This document shows positions 55,127-64,000 of a DNA stretch of 64,000 nt, piece by piece (the first letter of the stretch is position 1; each line of letters opens with the position of its first letter). The stretch is taken from the IMG/VR virus record IMGVR_UViG_3300032334_000315, positions 32,001 through 96,000 of that record; one strand, written 5' to 3'. Both the position numbers and the translations under genes were made by a program. This DNA comes from a virus. Under the pieces are notes generated by a model. The model searched no databases. It was not told the origin of the DNA and saw nothing but the letters and a program-made list of their open reading frames with translations.

Positions 55127-56746
55127 TTACCCAAAGCGAAAGTCGCCAAAACCCATTCCAGTTGGTATTGGATCGTCAATTGCCTCTATTTCCTGTCTAC
55201 CATCGTCTATAAATCCTACCGGAAGTAAGTCGTCATGCACATCCTTCATAGTTTCACGAGCTAAATTTTGCCTAATGTCACTGTTCATTAAGTCTTTAAA
55301 ATATGCCTGAGTTATGAGCCACCCAAAAAGAACCAGAGTCATAGCCAAATCATCGTGGCAACCTTCTTCGGCTTTGTAGGTGTCTTTATCCTCTACGAAT
55401 GTCGTCAGTTCCTCAATCGTATCAAAATCGGTTATCAGGAGTTTATTACTCTCAATAATCGTCTTCAGATTTGAACAGCCAATTTTCTTGACCTGTTTCG
55501 TAGTACGCACACCGAAGGCCGACTTAGCTGAGAATCCACCACCAACTTTGATAGCTTTTCCCTTAGAGAACGACGCTATCACATTCTCATATTCAAGATC
55601 CATGAACAGAGAATTCACTACCTGTTGACCAATATTGTTGGTTTCACCTAGAACATATGCGTTATTGTACCAGCGAGCAAACCGATAAACCACATCTGGA
55701 AACAGAAGTGGCGAGACGTTTTTGTCCCTATATTTGGCTACCTGTCGGTACGGCACCTGTGATACATCAAAGACGGACAGGGCTGAGTAGTCGCCGCCGA
55801 CACCTTCGGACACATCAAAGACCATAATATAGGATTTGTTTGGATTTGGTAGCTCATAATAGTCTAACCCAAACTTATCTTTTTGAGGGCGAACGTGCGT
55901 CAGTTCGCGGAGCTTTACTGGGTTAATAAGAGTGCTGGATGAACCGATGAACTCGCATTCAAATTCCTGACGGAACTGTTCTTCACTGGTGTTGGCAATC
56001 GTCTGCTTCTTCCATTCTTCGTCGCGGCCGGGCACGTCAGCCCAATGGATCTCAACAGGTGCATATTCACTATTGCCTTCAATAGCATCTGTCCACATAC
56101 GGTAGAAATGATTCATACCGAGAGGTGTGGAAACGATTATAATCTTAGTCGTCTTACCAGATGAAATTGTAGGATAAGTAGACGCAAAGAACGCATCCGC
56201 TAGATTGCGCTGGACGTGCGCGAACTCGTCAAGGAAAATCAGGTTGAATGAGCCACCGCGGATAGCACTGGATGACGTAGCAGCAGCGAGAACCTTTGAT
56301 CCATTTTCCAGTTCGATGTTACCTTTGTTCCAGACGACAACACCCTGCTGAAGCCAGATCGGAAGATATTCATATGCAAGCTGAAGTTTGGCTAATAGGT
56401 CACGCGCAAGCGCGCCCTTGTTCGCGAGAATAGCCACATTCTGTTGGTCTGTGAATAGAATAAGCCAGAGGATATATGCGATAGATGTGGTAGATTTGCC
56501 TACCTGACGAGGAAGTTTGCAGATAGAGAAACGGTTGTCCGCAAACGTGTGGAGCATCTTCGCTTGGAAGTCCCACATTTTGAACGGCATAAGACCGTGA
56601 TCTACGTTGACGATCTTGACATAAGTACGAGCGAAATATTCAACGTCTTTCGCGCATTTTATATACTCTTCAACCTGCTCTTTGGTATACTGAATAGGCA
56701 CTCCATATCGTTTAAGATTTGGATTGCCGAGATACGTCTTGCTCAT
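55127..56746 (-). CDS. gp17: Terminase large subunit
   Basis: YLGNPNLK, PRQVGKST, LDEFA, VSTP, HDDLAM. Confidence 0.97.
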   Translation of the reverse strand: MSKTYLGNPNLKRYGVPIQYTKEQVEEYIKCAKDVEYFARTYVKIVNVDHGLMPFKMWDFQAKMLHTFADNRFSICKLPRQVGKSTTSIAYILWLILFTDQQNVAILANKGALARDLLAKLQLAYEYLPIWLQQGVVVWNKGNIELENGSKVLAAATSSSAIRGGSFNLIFLDEFAHVQRNLADAFFASTYPTISSGKTTKIIIVSTPLGMNHFYRMWTDAIEGNSEYAPVEIHWADVPGRDEEWKKQTIANTSEEQFRQEFECEFIGSSSTLINPVKLRELTHVRPQKDKFGLDYYELPNPNKSYIMVFDVSEGVGGDYSALSVFDVSQVPYRQVAKYRDKNVSPLLFPDVVYRFARWYNNAYVLGETNNIGQQVVNSLFMDLEYENVIASFSKGKAIKVGGGFSAKSAFGVRTTKQVKKIGCSNLKTIIESNKLLITDFDTIEELTTFVEDKDTYKAEEGCHDDLAMTLVLFGWLITQAYFKDLMNSDIRQNLARETMKDVHDDLLPVGFIDDGRQEIEAIDDPIPTGMGFGDFRFG

Positions 56747-56883
56747 TTTTTATTTTTCTTAGGATTAGCAGCCGCTTTGGCTACAAGTTCTTCAACTGTT
56801 GGTTCTCTTTTAACTTTTTGCGACGGCATTGGAAGAACCAAGTTTGGATTTTTCATTGTATCGTCTAGGATCTTTTTTAGCAT
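56743..56883 (-). CDS. Hypothetical 46-aa basic protein between gp16 and gp17
   Basis: Manual translation MLKKILDDTMKNPNLVLPMPSQKVKREPTVEELVAKAAANPKKNKK; overlaps gp16 stop and gp17 start. Confidence 0.55.
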   Translation of the reverse strand: MLKKILDDTMKNPNLVLPMPSQKVKREPTVEELVAKAAANPKKNKK

Positions 56884-57290
56884 CACTTTCTCCCGTTGAT
56901 TAATTGTTGCAACTCGGATGTGCTGCCAACAAAAATCGAATTATTAATTGTCTGTGGTGTTGGATCTTTTTCGTCAATCCGCTTTAACTCTTTTAGTTTC
57001 TTCTGAATGTCCAGAAGATCCTTATTGGCATCCACCAGTGTTTTAATTAACTGGCCTACCACTTCAAACGCTCGAGGATGCTCGGATGTTTTGGCTACAA
57101 TAAGAGCTTCTTCCAGAGCATCGCTACCCTGGTTAATAATCTGGTGTAGGTTATTTCTTGCTGTAGCAAAATCGCTATCCAAATCGGAATCAACGTCAAC
57201 CCGCTTTAATGGTTGTACCATTGCAGGAGATTCTGTAGGCAAATTTAATGCCTGTTCGATGCTTTTCTCAAATATTGTTTTGTCACTCAT
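56883..57290 (-). CDS. gp16: Terminase small subunit
   Basis: DFATARNNL, EHPRAFEV, FVGSTSELQ; start MSDKT. Confidence 0.92.
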   Translation of the reverse strand: MSDKTIFEKSIEQALNLPTESPAMVQPLKRVDVDSDLDSDFATARNNLHQIINQGSDALEEALIVAKTSEHPRAFEVVGQLIKTLVDANKDLLDIQKKLKELKRIDEKDPTPQTINNSIFVGSTSELQQLINGRK

Positions 57291-58155
57291 CGTTACCTGT
57301 TCTTGGGTTATATTTAAATCCATCTGTGAAGAAGAATGTGTTTGACGCAAATCCATAATTTGAATTTGCTGAAATTTGTGAATACGGAATAGACGCAGCA
57401 CTGTTTGTTGTTGGTGATCCGTTTGCTAATAGTCCTGGCGTTACTACCACACGAGAACTGCGAGCGGTACGAGCAACATCTTGAAGCGTAATTTTGCCAG
57501 AAGAATTTGCAACCACACCAAAGTCCACCTGTGCGCGCTTGATAACACCCTGGCGACGAACTGGTCCGTAGAAGTATCCTTTAACTGTGAAATCCAATGT
57601 GTATATGATAGCACGACGATTTTCAAAGCTACCATCATATGTATCTTCAATTGAAACCGTATTGAGAACGGTAGGAATATCCATGTTGATATTCATGCCA
57701 GGAATTAGCTTTACGGTGTTTGTCCACTCTGGCCCAAAATAAGGCACAATTTGCTCTAGGACTTGTGCGCCATCATCAGCGTTACGCACATACGCATAGA
57801 GATTGAATGTCATATCATATGGCACTGGCATATGCTGGTAATCAGCCTTGTTGTTGTCGGATACCACCACTATGTTTTTACCTTTGGTATTAAGACGACG
57901 AGTACCATCATAGTTGAGTGTGGTCATTTCAAATGCAAGACGAGGTAGCTGAATTGAGATTTGTTGATCCAAGTTAGGATCTTGTTCCGTACGAGTCAAG
58001 AACTTTTCTTTTGGACCATATGCGATAGGCACCGCAACCGCTGACGCAGTGGTGCCATCTTTATTATATTGCTTGACCACGATATCGTTGAACATGTTAC
58101 CAAACATGATAACATATTTTCGCAGTGACTGGTGGTAAAACTGTGATCCGAACAT
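57283..58155 (-). CDS. gp15: Tail sheath terminator
   Basis: FGNMFNDI, VPIAYGPKEKF, LPRLAFE, EQIVPYF. Confidence 0.93.
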   Translation of the reverse strand: MFGSQFYHQSLRKYVIMFGNMFNDIVVKQYNKDGTTASAVAVPIAYGPKEKFLTRTEQDPNLDQQISIQLPRLAFEMTTLNYDGTRRLNTKGKNIVVVSDNNKADYQHMPVPYDMTFNLYAYVRNADDGAQVLEQIVPYFGPEWTNTVKLIPGMNINMDIPTVLNTVSIEDTYDGSFENRRAIIYTLDFTVKGYFYGPVRRQGVIKRAQVDFGVVANSSGKITLQDVARTARSSRVVVTPGLLANGSPTTNSAASIPYSQISANSNYGFASNTFFFTDGFKYNPRTGNDE

Positions 58156-58988
58156 TAGTACCTATCAACCTCTGAGAATGGATTGCGTTCACTGAAGTCA
58201 ATAAACTCCAGTGATTTCTGCGTGAAGTATTCATTATTGGCTGTTAGTGTCTGTACCTCTATGCGATATTCATTCAACATGAATCCGCCATCTTCGTTCA
58301 TCAGATATGTGCCATCTTCCAGCATTGTCTGATAGATGAGGATATTCTGGTCATAGCGCGTACCAATCGCGTCAATATCAGTGTTGCCAGTAGCAATAGC
58401 ATCTGGGCCAATACGATCCACGAGTTCGCAATTCAAATCGTATGTGTATAGTTTACCGTGCTGGTAGAAGATAGCCTCGTGTTCAACAAACTTGATTTCG
58501 TATAGCTTCTTATTCAGTGGAAAATAGATCCAGTCACCTTCAAATGGACGAGGTGTCGTAATGCTATAGTTATTACCGTTGCCGGATTCTAACATGATAC
58601 ACTGTGTATTGCCCCATGAGTTGGTATCAGCAGTTTCTACCTGATAATTATAGCCAACTTCCGTTATGAGTTTCTCAGTTGTGATTTGATTCCAACGCTT
58701 ACGAGCCATCGTAAACGTGATGGAGTCATTGATCTGGAGATTGAACTTGGATAGAAAATCACCTTCGCCCTCAAAGCCTTGAACATTTTTAATATAGACT
58801 TCAATATCAACCGCATCATCAAATGTGGATGTTGGATCTTCACCAAGAAGTGGATCCACATTTTGAAGTGTGCGCGGCAAATACTTTACGTCCAGACCAT
58901 AAATCTTAATCGCTTGCACGATAAGATCCTCAGCAAGATCCTGCTGGCGCCCGTATGTGAATGGTCGGAAGTATTTGTTTGTTGTCAT
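58155..58988 (-). CDS. gp14: Neck protein
   Basis: YGLDVKYLPR, GEGDFLSKF, EGDWIYFP, DFSERNPF. Confidence 0.93.
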   Translation of the reverse strand: MTTNKYFRPFTYGRQQDLAEDLIVQAIKIYGLDVKYLPRTLQNVDPLLGEDPTSTFDDAVDIEVYIKNVQGFEGEGDFLSKFNLQINDSITFTMARKRWNQITTEKLITEVGYNYQVETADTNSWGNTQCIMLESGNGNNYSITTPRPFEGDWIYFPLNKKLYEIKFVEHEAIFYQHGKLYTYDLNCELVDRIGPDAIATGNTDIDAIGTRYDQNILIYQTMLEDGTYLMNEDGGFMLNEYRIEVQTLTANNEYFTQKSLEFIDFSERNPFSEVDRY

Positions 58989-58990
58989 TC

Positions 58991-59734
58991 TTAGCCGATC
59001 ATATCCGTAACAGGCAAGCTATAGTCATTAATGAGCGATGCTTCCATCGTTGTTATCATATCGTTTGCTTCTTCCCAAATCTTCTGTCCATTAAATGCAA
59101 TACCACCAGGAAGCTGCATGCCTTCATATAGCTTTAGATTCTCGCCCCACTGGCGCTTCACGAGCGCGGTCGCGTACTGTTTTAACCATGAATCGTTCCA
59201 TACATCCGTATATGTGTTCGGATCCAAACTTGCATATCCATCCACGATAATACTATATCCTGGCTGTACGTCGGTGGACCATGCCATGTCAATGTGTAGG
59301 GTATTAGTGTGGCGATTGAAACGGATAGGTTTTTTACCGACAAAGATTTCTTCCAGCGTCTCGATGTGGCGCATAGCCATAACATATGGTGCCACAGAAA
59401 CGCTGGTAATATTGAATAGCTCGTTTAGATGAAGCTGATAGCGAACATTGAACATACTGGTCGTGCTATAGCTATCGCCGAGATCAAAGATACGGGTAAC
59501 GCCAATGATGCTTTCCGGAAGAGTAATGTAACGATTGGTAATGTCGGTAGGAGTAACCACATGCCTATAGAGAACATGTTCGGTGCCATCATAGTGGTAA
59601 TCGCGGTACTTTGCAATAGCGTCGTCGATACGATCTTCGACCTGCTCGTCATCCACATTGATATCAATAACTGGCGCTCCGAGGCGGCGCAGGATATAGT
59701 CTTTGAATTCCTGTCTTGATGCTGGAATAGCCAT
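58991..59734 (-). CDS. gp13: Neck protein
   Basis: LRRLGAPVIDINV, KRQWGENL, LPGG. Confidence 0.93.
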   Translation of the reverse strand: MAIPASRQEFKDYILRRLGAPVIDINVDDEQVEDRIDDAIAKYRDYHYDGTEHVLYRHVVTPTDITNRYITLPESIIGVTRIFDLGDSYSTTSMFNVRYQLHLNELFNITSVSVAPYVMAMRHIETLEEIFVGKKPIRFNRHTNTLHIDMAWSTDVQPGYSIIVDGYASLDPNTYTDVWNDSWLKQYATALVKRQWGENLKLYEGMQLPGGIAFNGQKIWEEANDMITTMEASLINDYSLPVTDMIG

Positions 59735-59793
59735 TTATCACTCCGAGTTAGTTCTGCTATTTATGTTCTTGACTATTTAGTCTATATAGTGCT

Positions 59794-60756
59794 ATGATTC
59801 GTTTGATCGTAATGCTCTTTATTGGCTTCATCTCGCTTGCGGCTGCGGCGGCTGAGCTAAAAATAATCACTCCATCCAATGACGATAGCTATAATATCAA
59901 CGCCAGGATTCTATCCAGGCATCTCGGTAAATACTTACCAGACAATCCTACTATAACTATCCAATCCATGCCAGGCGCTGCGAGCTTAGTTGCAGCCAAT
60001 TACATATACAATATTGCGCCGAGAGATGGTAGCGTTATCGGCATTGTCTATAAAGAGATTCCGTTTGTCGGGCTATTAGGCGGTGACGGAGTCCAGTTTG
60101 ATCCTAATCATTTCAACTGGATTGGGTCGGTAGCAGACGGCCGCAAGGATGCTGTTATTCTATGGGCCAATGAACCGAAGTTTCGGTCAGACTTCGTTGT
60201 AGGTGCTGAGGGTGCCACATCAGGCAACATGGCTTTGTTTGTCAACAAAATGCTTGGCACCAATTTCAAGATTGTCGGTGGTTATCCAACGACCGGTGCT
60301 AACCGTCTCGCGCTTGAGCGCAAGGAAGTGGATGCGGTTATCTATAGTTTGATTGGTATCAAAACGCAAAAGCCCAACTGGTTACAGTCAGGCAGCGGCA
60401 TCTATCCAACGCTTCAGTTTGGCAACGGTACGGCCCGTCTACCAGAATATAAAGAAGTTCCAGCACTGGCTGAATATGTAACAGACGACAAAGACAGAAA
60501 GCTCCTTCATGCTTTTGAATCCCAGTTCATAATGTTGCGCCCATTCGTAGCACCGCCTGGCGTGCCAAAAGCTCGCATAGATGAACTACGCAATGCGTTC
60601 TCAAAAGCAATGGTGGATGCTGAGTATGTTGAAGATGCGCGCCGTGCAAACATAGATATTAATGCTATCAGCGGTGCTGATATGGAAACCATGATAAAGA
60701 CTCCAGTAAATATCGAAACGCTCGATAGTCTCAAACAGATTTATAAGGTAAAGTGA
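59794..60756 (+). CDS. Bug/TctC-family periplasmic solute-binding protein
   Basis: Signal peptide; ARILSRHLGKYLP, MPGAASLVAANYIYNIAPRDG, FNWIGS, RPFVAPPGVP. Confidence 0.85.
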   Translation: MIRLIVMLFIGFISLAAAAAELKIITPSNDDSYNINARILSRHLGKYLPDNPTITIQSMPGAASLVAANYIYNIAPRDGSVIGIVYKEIPFVGLLGGDGVQFDPNHFNWIGSVADGRKDAVILWANEPKFRSDFVVGAEGATSGNMALFVNKMLGTNFKIVGGYPTTGANRLALERKEVDAVIYSLIGIKTQKPNWLQSGSGIYPTLQFGNGTARLPEYKEVPALAEYVTDDKDRKLLHAFESQFIMLRPFVAPPGVPKARIDELRNAFSKAMVDAEYVEDARRANIDINAISGADMETMIKTPVNIETLDSLKQIYKVK

Positions 60757-60757
60757 A

Positions 60758-61438
60758 ATGTTCGAACATGCTCTATTTCCTACACTGTTAACCGAATTTG
60801 AATATCCAGAAAAAGATGCGTTCAAAAATGCTTTTTACCAGGGCATCTTCAAGTATATGTCACCCGAAGGATACTCAAGCGAGTTCACTGGCCATGTGAA
60901 TATCCACCATGAACCATCGTTTGAGCCATTCTTCAAGTTTGCTTCAGATTGCGTCAAGCAATATATCGCAAGACTTCACTTGGATCCAAACCTGTTTGAG
61001 TACAATGTGGTCAAAACATGGATGAACATTACTAAAAATCGTATGACACCTATGCACAATCATGCGGACGCGCACATGTCATTTACCTACTACATTAACA
61101 TTCCAAAAGAGTTCTCAAAGCCTATTCGTTTCTTCAACTACAATATGAGACATGAACCGTTCCCAGGTTGTATCAAGTTTAATGATCCATCAAAATGGGA
61201 CGACTTCAATGCATACACATGGCAGATTGAACCACAAGAAGGCAGACTGTTTGTTTTCCCAGCAAATTTGACGCATGACACCGTAGGCCATGAAGAAGAG
61301 AAAGAACCAGGATGCTTCACTCCAGACGATCTGGATCAGATGCGCGTCTGTCTTGCGTGTGATATTCTTCTAACATATAAAAATAAAGCAGCGAAACCAT
61401 TGGGTGTCCAACCTGTGAGTAACTGGAGAATTTTCTGA
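60758..61438 (+). CDS. 2OG-Fe(II) oxygenase (TIGR02466-like)
   Basis: LFPT, WMN, HNHAD, FTYY, VFPANLTH. Confidence 0.75.
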   Translation: MFEHALFPTLLTEFEYPEKDAFKNAFYQGIFKYMSPEGYSSEFTGHVNIHHEPSFEPFFKFASDCVKQYIARLHLDPNLFEYNVVKTWMNITKNRMTPMHNHADAHMSFTYYINIPKEFSKPIRFFNYNMRHEPFPGCIKFNDPSKWDDFNAYTWQIEPQEGRLFVFPANLTHDTVGHEEEKEPGCFTPDDLDQMRVCLACDILLTYKNKAAKPLGVQPVSNWRIF

Positions 61439-62058
61439 TGGCAAAGTATACAACAATTTATAATGATCCATACCGTCGCGCTAAGATTACTTTGCCGTTT
61501 GCATTTTGGGATGGAGCATTCTCAGACGAAGAACTAAAAGCGGTTATTGAGTATTGCGATTCATTCGGTGTCGAACAGAGTACGCTTACTGGCACCACAG
61601 ACATTGAAGAAATTAAAAAGTACCGCGAATCAAAGATTAAGTTTCATGAGCGTAATCAGGACAACGGCTGGATCTTTGACAAACTAAACTTCATCATTCA
61701 GTCTATCAACGAGATGTATTATGGCTTTGATTTGAATGGATATAATGTGTTCCAGTATACCACATATGACGCTGAAGACGAAGGCCGATATGATTGGCAC
61801 ATGGATATGGCAATGGGCCATGAGCAACCTGGTGTGGCTGAAATTCGCAAGCTATCACTCACTCTCCTATTGGACGATGAGTTTGAGGGTGGTGAGTTCC
61901 AGATCAATGGTAGCAATGCACATGAACCTATCATTGCAGAATTGAAAAAAGGACGGGCTATTTTGTTCCCGTCCTTTATGATTCACCGTGTTACGCCAGT
62001 CACAAAAGGCAAGAGGCGATCAATCGTTGTCTGGGTAGTAGGACCAAAGTTCCAGTAA
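61438..62058 (+). CDS. PKHD-type 2OG-Fe(II) oxygenase
   Basis: YDWHMD, RKLSL, FEGGEF, FPSFMIHRVTPVTKGKRRS. Confidence 0.9.
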   Translation: MAKYTTIYNDPYRRAKITLPFAFWDGAFSDEELKAVIEYCDSFGVEQSTLTGTTDIEEIKKYRESKIKFHERNQDNGWIFDKLNFIIQSINEMYYGFDLNGYNVFQYTTYDAEDEGRYDWHMDMAMGHEQPGVAEIRKLSLTLLLDDEFEGGEFQINGSNAHEPIIAELKKGRAILFPSFMIHRVTPVTKGKRRSIVVWVVGPKFQ

Positions 62059-62970
62059 CTACTTCAACACAATGTCTTTTTCATACTTATCGACAATTTT
62101 ATTTATTTTATCAATTTCTTGTTGAATTTTTTCTCGTTCAAAACATCTGAGTTCATGACCAATCTTCTCAAGTAGTTTTATAAAATCAGTCGATCCACAT
62201 ATTTTTGGCAAAAAAATATCAAACGTCTTTACAAATTCAACTCTTTCTTTCGGTACAGAAAATCCGACAGTTGATACAAAATTAAAATCTGGAACACCAA
62301 CATGTTTTCCATTAGGAATATTTGATGCTTCTAAACTAGATGATAAGATTGGTCTCAAGCCTATGATGTCTTGTGGCGAAAATATTGTATAGTCAGCTTC
62401 GTTTACCAATATGCTTTTTGTTATTTCATATGGTGATGTGTAATTTAAATCTTTAGATTTAAAGCCAATCGACTTTAATAAAACAACATTAAGATACGGT
62501 GTTATTGCATTTGTTGTTGTATTCCCAAAGTATACAGTTTTTCCTGAGCTAAAAAGATTTTTTAAATCATTAAACGATTTGATATTTGATTTCGGGTTAA
62601 CGGCAAGATGAAAAGGTGTTCCAGAAAAAGATTGTACTTGAACAACATCACTATTTCGATTATAGGCATTTATATTTGGGCTGGTATATCTACCTAAAGT
62701 GACACCGGATATACCAGACCAAATCAGAACGTCTTCGCCGGCTCTGGCCGCAGATATAGCTCTAAGGGTAGCATTATCTCCACCAGCTCCTGGTATTGAA
62801 GTAAGCCGAAATTGAACATCATTCTGAATAATATTGAGTTGAGATATTACTTCTGTCCCTACAAGCATTCCAACACTGCCTGGGGTAAACATCGAGTAAA
62901 CATTTACTTCTTTTGCCATAGCACAATTTGACAATAGTAAAAAAAATAATGCAAACATTTTATTAAACAT
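62059..62970 (-). CDS. Divergent Bug/TctC-like solute-binding protein
   Basis: Signal peptide ending AMA; IPGAGG, IKSFNDL; ~300 aa; AT-rich. Confidence 0.6.
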   Translation of the reverse strand: MFNKMFALFFLLLSNCAMAKEVNVYSMFTPGSVGMLVGTEVISQLNIIQNDVQFRLTSIPGAGGDNATLRAISAARAGEDVLIWSGISGVTLGRYTSPNINAYNRNSDVVQVQSFSGTPFHLAVNPKSNIKSFNDLKNLFSSGKTVYFGNTTTNAITPYLNVVLLKSIGFKSKDLNYTSPYEITKSILVNEADYTIFSPQDIIGLRPILSSSLEASNIPNGKHVGVPDFNFVSTVGFSVPKERVEFVKTFDIFLPKICGSTDFIKLLEKIGHELRCFEREKIQQEIDKINKIVDKYEKDIVLK

Positions 62971-62982
62971 AATAAAATTTCC

Positions 62983-64000
62983 TTAAAATTCTGGCTTAAA
63001 TTGTCCGAGATAATAAAGTCTAGAAAATAGAGTCTTATTCAAGTTTGATTTGTTTGCTATTTTATCATATTTTTTCCATTTGTGCGATTGATAATCAGCA
63101 TAAAAATCATGCGCCGTATGAGATATACCAATAGTTTCTACCAACTTTATATCGGGACTTATTTTTGTTGGTTTAGAGCCAACAAAAATATTTGGATCCC
63201 AATCCGGATAAATGATTGTATTATACCATCTATCTAAAATAAAACCTGGTGGACATTTTATTTTTGGATCAGACAATGCGTTTTTTACCACATTTCGTAT
63301 GTACATCCACTCATTATATAATTTTTTACTTTTTGCCAATTTATCAATAATTACTTGACACTGTTTTACCGGTATCATTGGAAAATCTGGTGACCAGTAA
63401 AAATCTTCGACTGTATATGGAGCACCTTCTTTTTGAAGAGATACTCCGATATTTGCGAGAGTGATATCGGAAAACAAAAAGAAAATTTTACCATCGTCGG
63501 TAATGTCAATAATGGGTTTTTCGAGGCCTCTGATAACAGCTACATTTTCTTTTGTTATAGACTGTCTTTCGTGTTTAATTAAAAGTGGTGACCAATTTTT
63601 TCCTACACCTCCTGTAACCCATCTAAGTGACCTAGGTTCATCGTTATGACCAAGATACTCATATTTTTTTCCACCTATTTGCGTGATTAAATTTTCCGAC
63701 GAATCAATCAATGTAATTTTAGTGTTTGGACTATATTTTTTAATTTTATTTAACTGTGGTATAACGGCCATCTCAAATTCCATAAACTCGGTGAGATCCT
63801 CGTCATTAAGCAATATGCTACGATCCAATCTATTAATCGCTCTCTGGTGATGAACAATAACGATCTCATCTAAAAAAATATTATTTTTAAGAAAAGTTTC
63901 CAAAACTTGTGTTGAATCGCTACCTCCGGAATATCTTAAAATTAGATATCGGTATTTATCACGCAACTGTTGGGCGCGATCTCTATACAGGACCGATATG
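62983..64000 (-). CDS. PP-loop (adenine nucleotide alpha-hydrolase) family protein, start beyond window
   Basis: RAQQLRDKYRYLILRYSGGSDS PP-loop; frame is open to the window edge; GLEKP, EDFYWSPD. Confidence 0.7.
   Translation of the reverse strand, partial: ISVLYRDRAQQLRDKYRYLILRYSGGSDSTQVLETFLKNNIFLDEIVIVHHQRAINRLDRSILLNDEDLTEFMEFEMAVIPQLNKIKKYSPNTKITLIDSSENLITQIGGKKYEYLGHNDEPRSLRWVTGGVGKNWSPLLIKHERQSITKENVAVIRGLEKPIIDITDDGKIFFLFSDITLANIGVSLQKEGAPYTVEDFYWSPDFPMIPVKQCQVIIDKLAKSKKLYNEWMYIRNVVKNALSDPKIKCPPGFILDRWYNTIIYPDWDPNIFVGSKPTKISPDIKLVETIGISHTAHDFYADYQSHKWKKYDKIANKSNLNKTLFSRLYYLGQFKPEF

Noticed and set aside
1-64000. Stop-codon reassignment, tRNA or rRNA genes
   Set aside because: Core genes are full length in code 11 and use TAA, TAG and TGA as stops; no cloverleaf seen in the short intergenic gaps (by eye only).

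Overview
This window is part of a large T4-like (cyanophage/phiM12-type) myovirus genome, with almost all genes on the minus strand. Read in transcription order (right to left) it contains: gp13-gp20; a ~16 kb cluster of collagen, coiled-coil and Gly-rich fibre genes inserted between portal and prohead genes; gp21-22-23, gp3, uvsY/uvsW, gp55, gp47/46; peptide deformylase; a TAGT-like glycosyltransferase plus methyltransferase; an early region with strong sigma70 promoters (small ORFs, vWA/HExxH protein, CobS-like AAA); ribosomal protein bS21; gp45/44/62, regA, hsp20, an unannotated DUF1127 small protein, GH19 endolysin and holin; gp43, uvsX, gp41, glutaredoxin, a TIGR02594 hydrolase and a partial HAD gene. 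The right end holds an accessory island with two divergent Bug/TctC solute-binding proteins, two 2OG-Fe(II) oxygenases and a PP-loop enzyme. DUF1127, a ROSE-like hsp20 leader, a GTA-type holin and Bug proteins suggest an alphaproteobacterial host (inference). The most notable items are: the Bug/oxygenase/PP-loop island; a translation-control layer (apparently leaderless gp43/uvsY/gp3 transcripts, a start-codon hairpin, bS21, Def, RegA, DUF1127, RNA thermometer); an orphan antisense promoter at uvsY; an IHF-like inverted repeat with phased A-tracts; and nested, shuffled domains in the fibre cluster. No tRNA, rRNA, CRISPR or IS element was seen. All family calls are by motif recognition, not database search.
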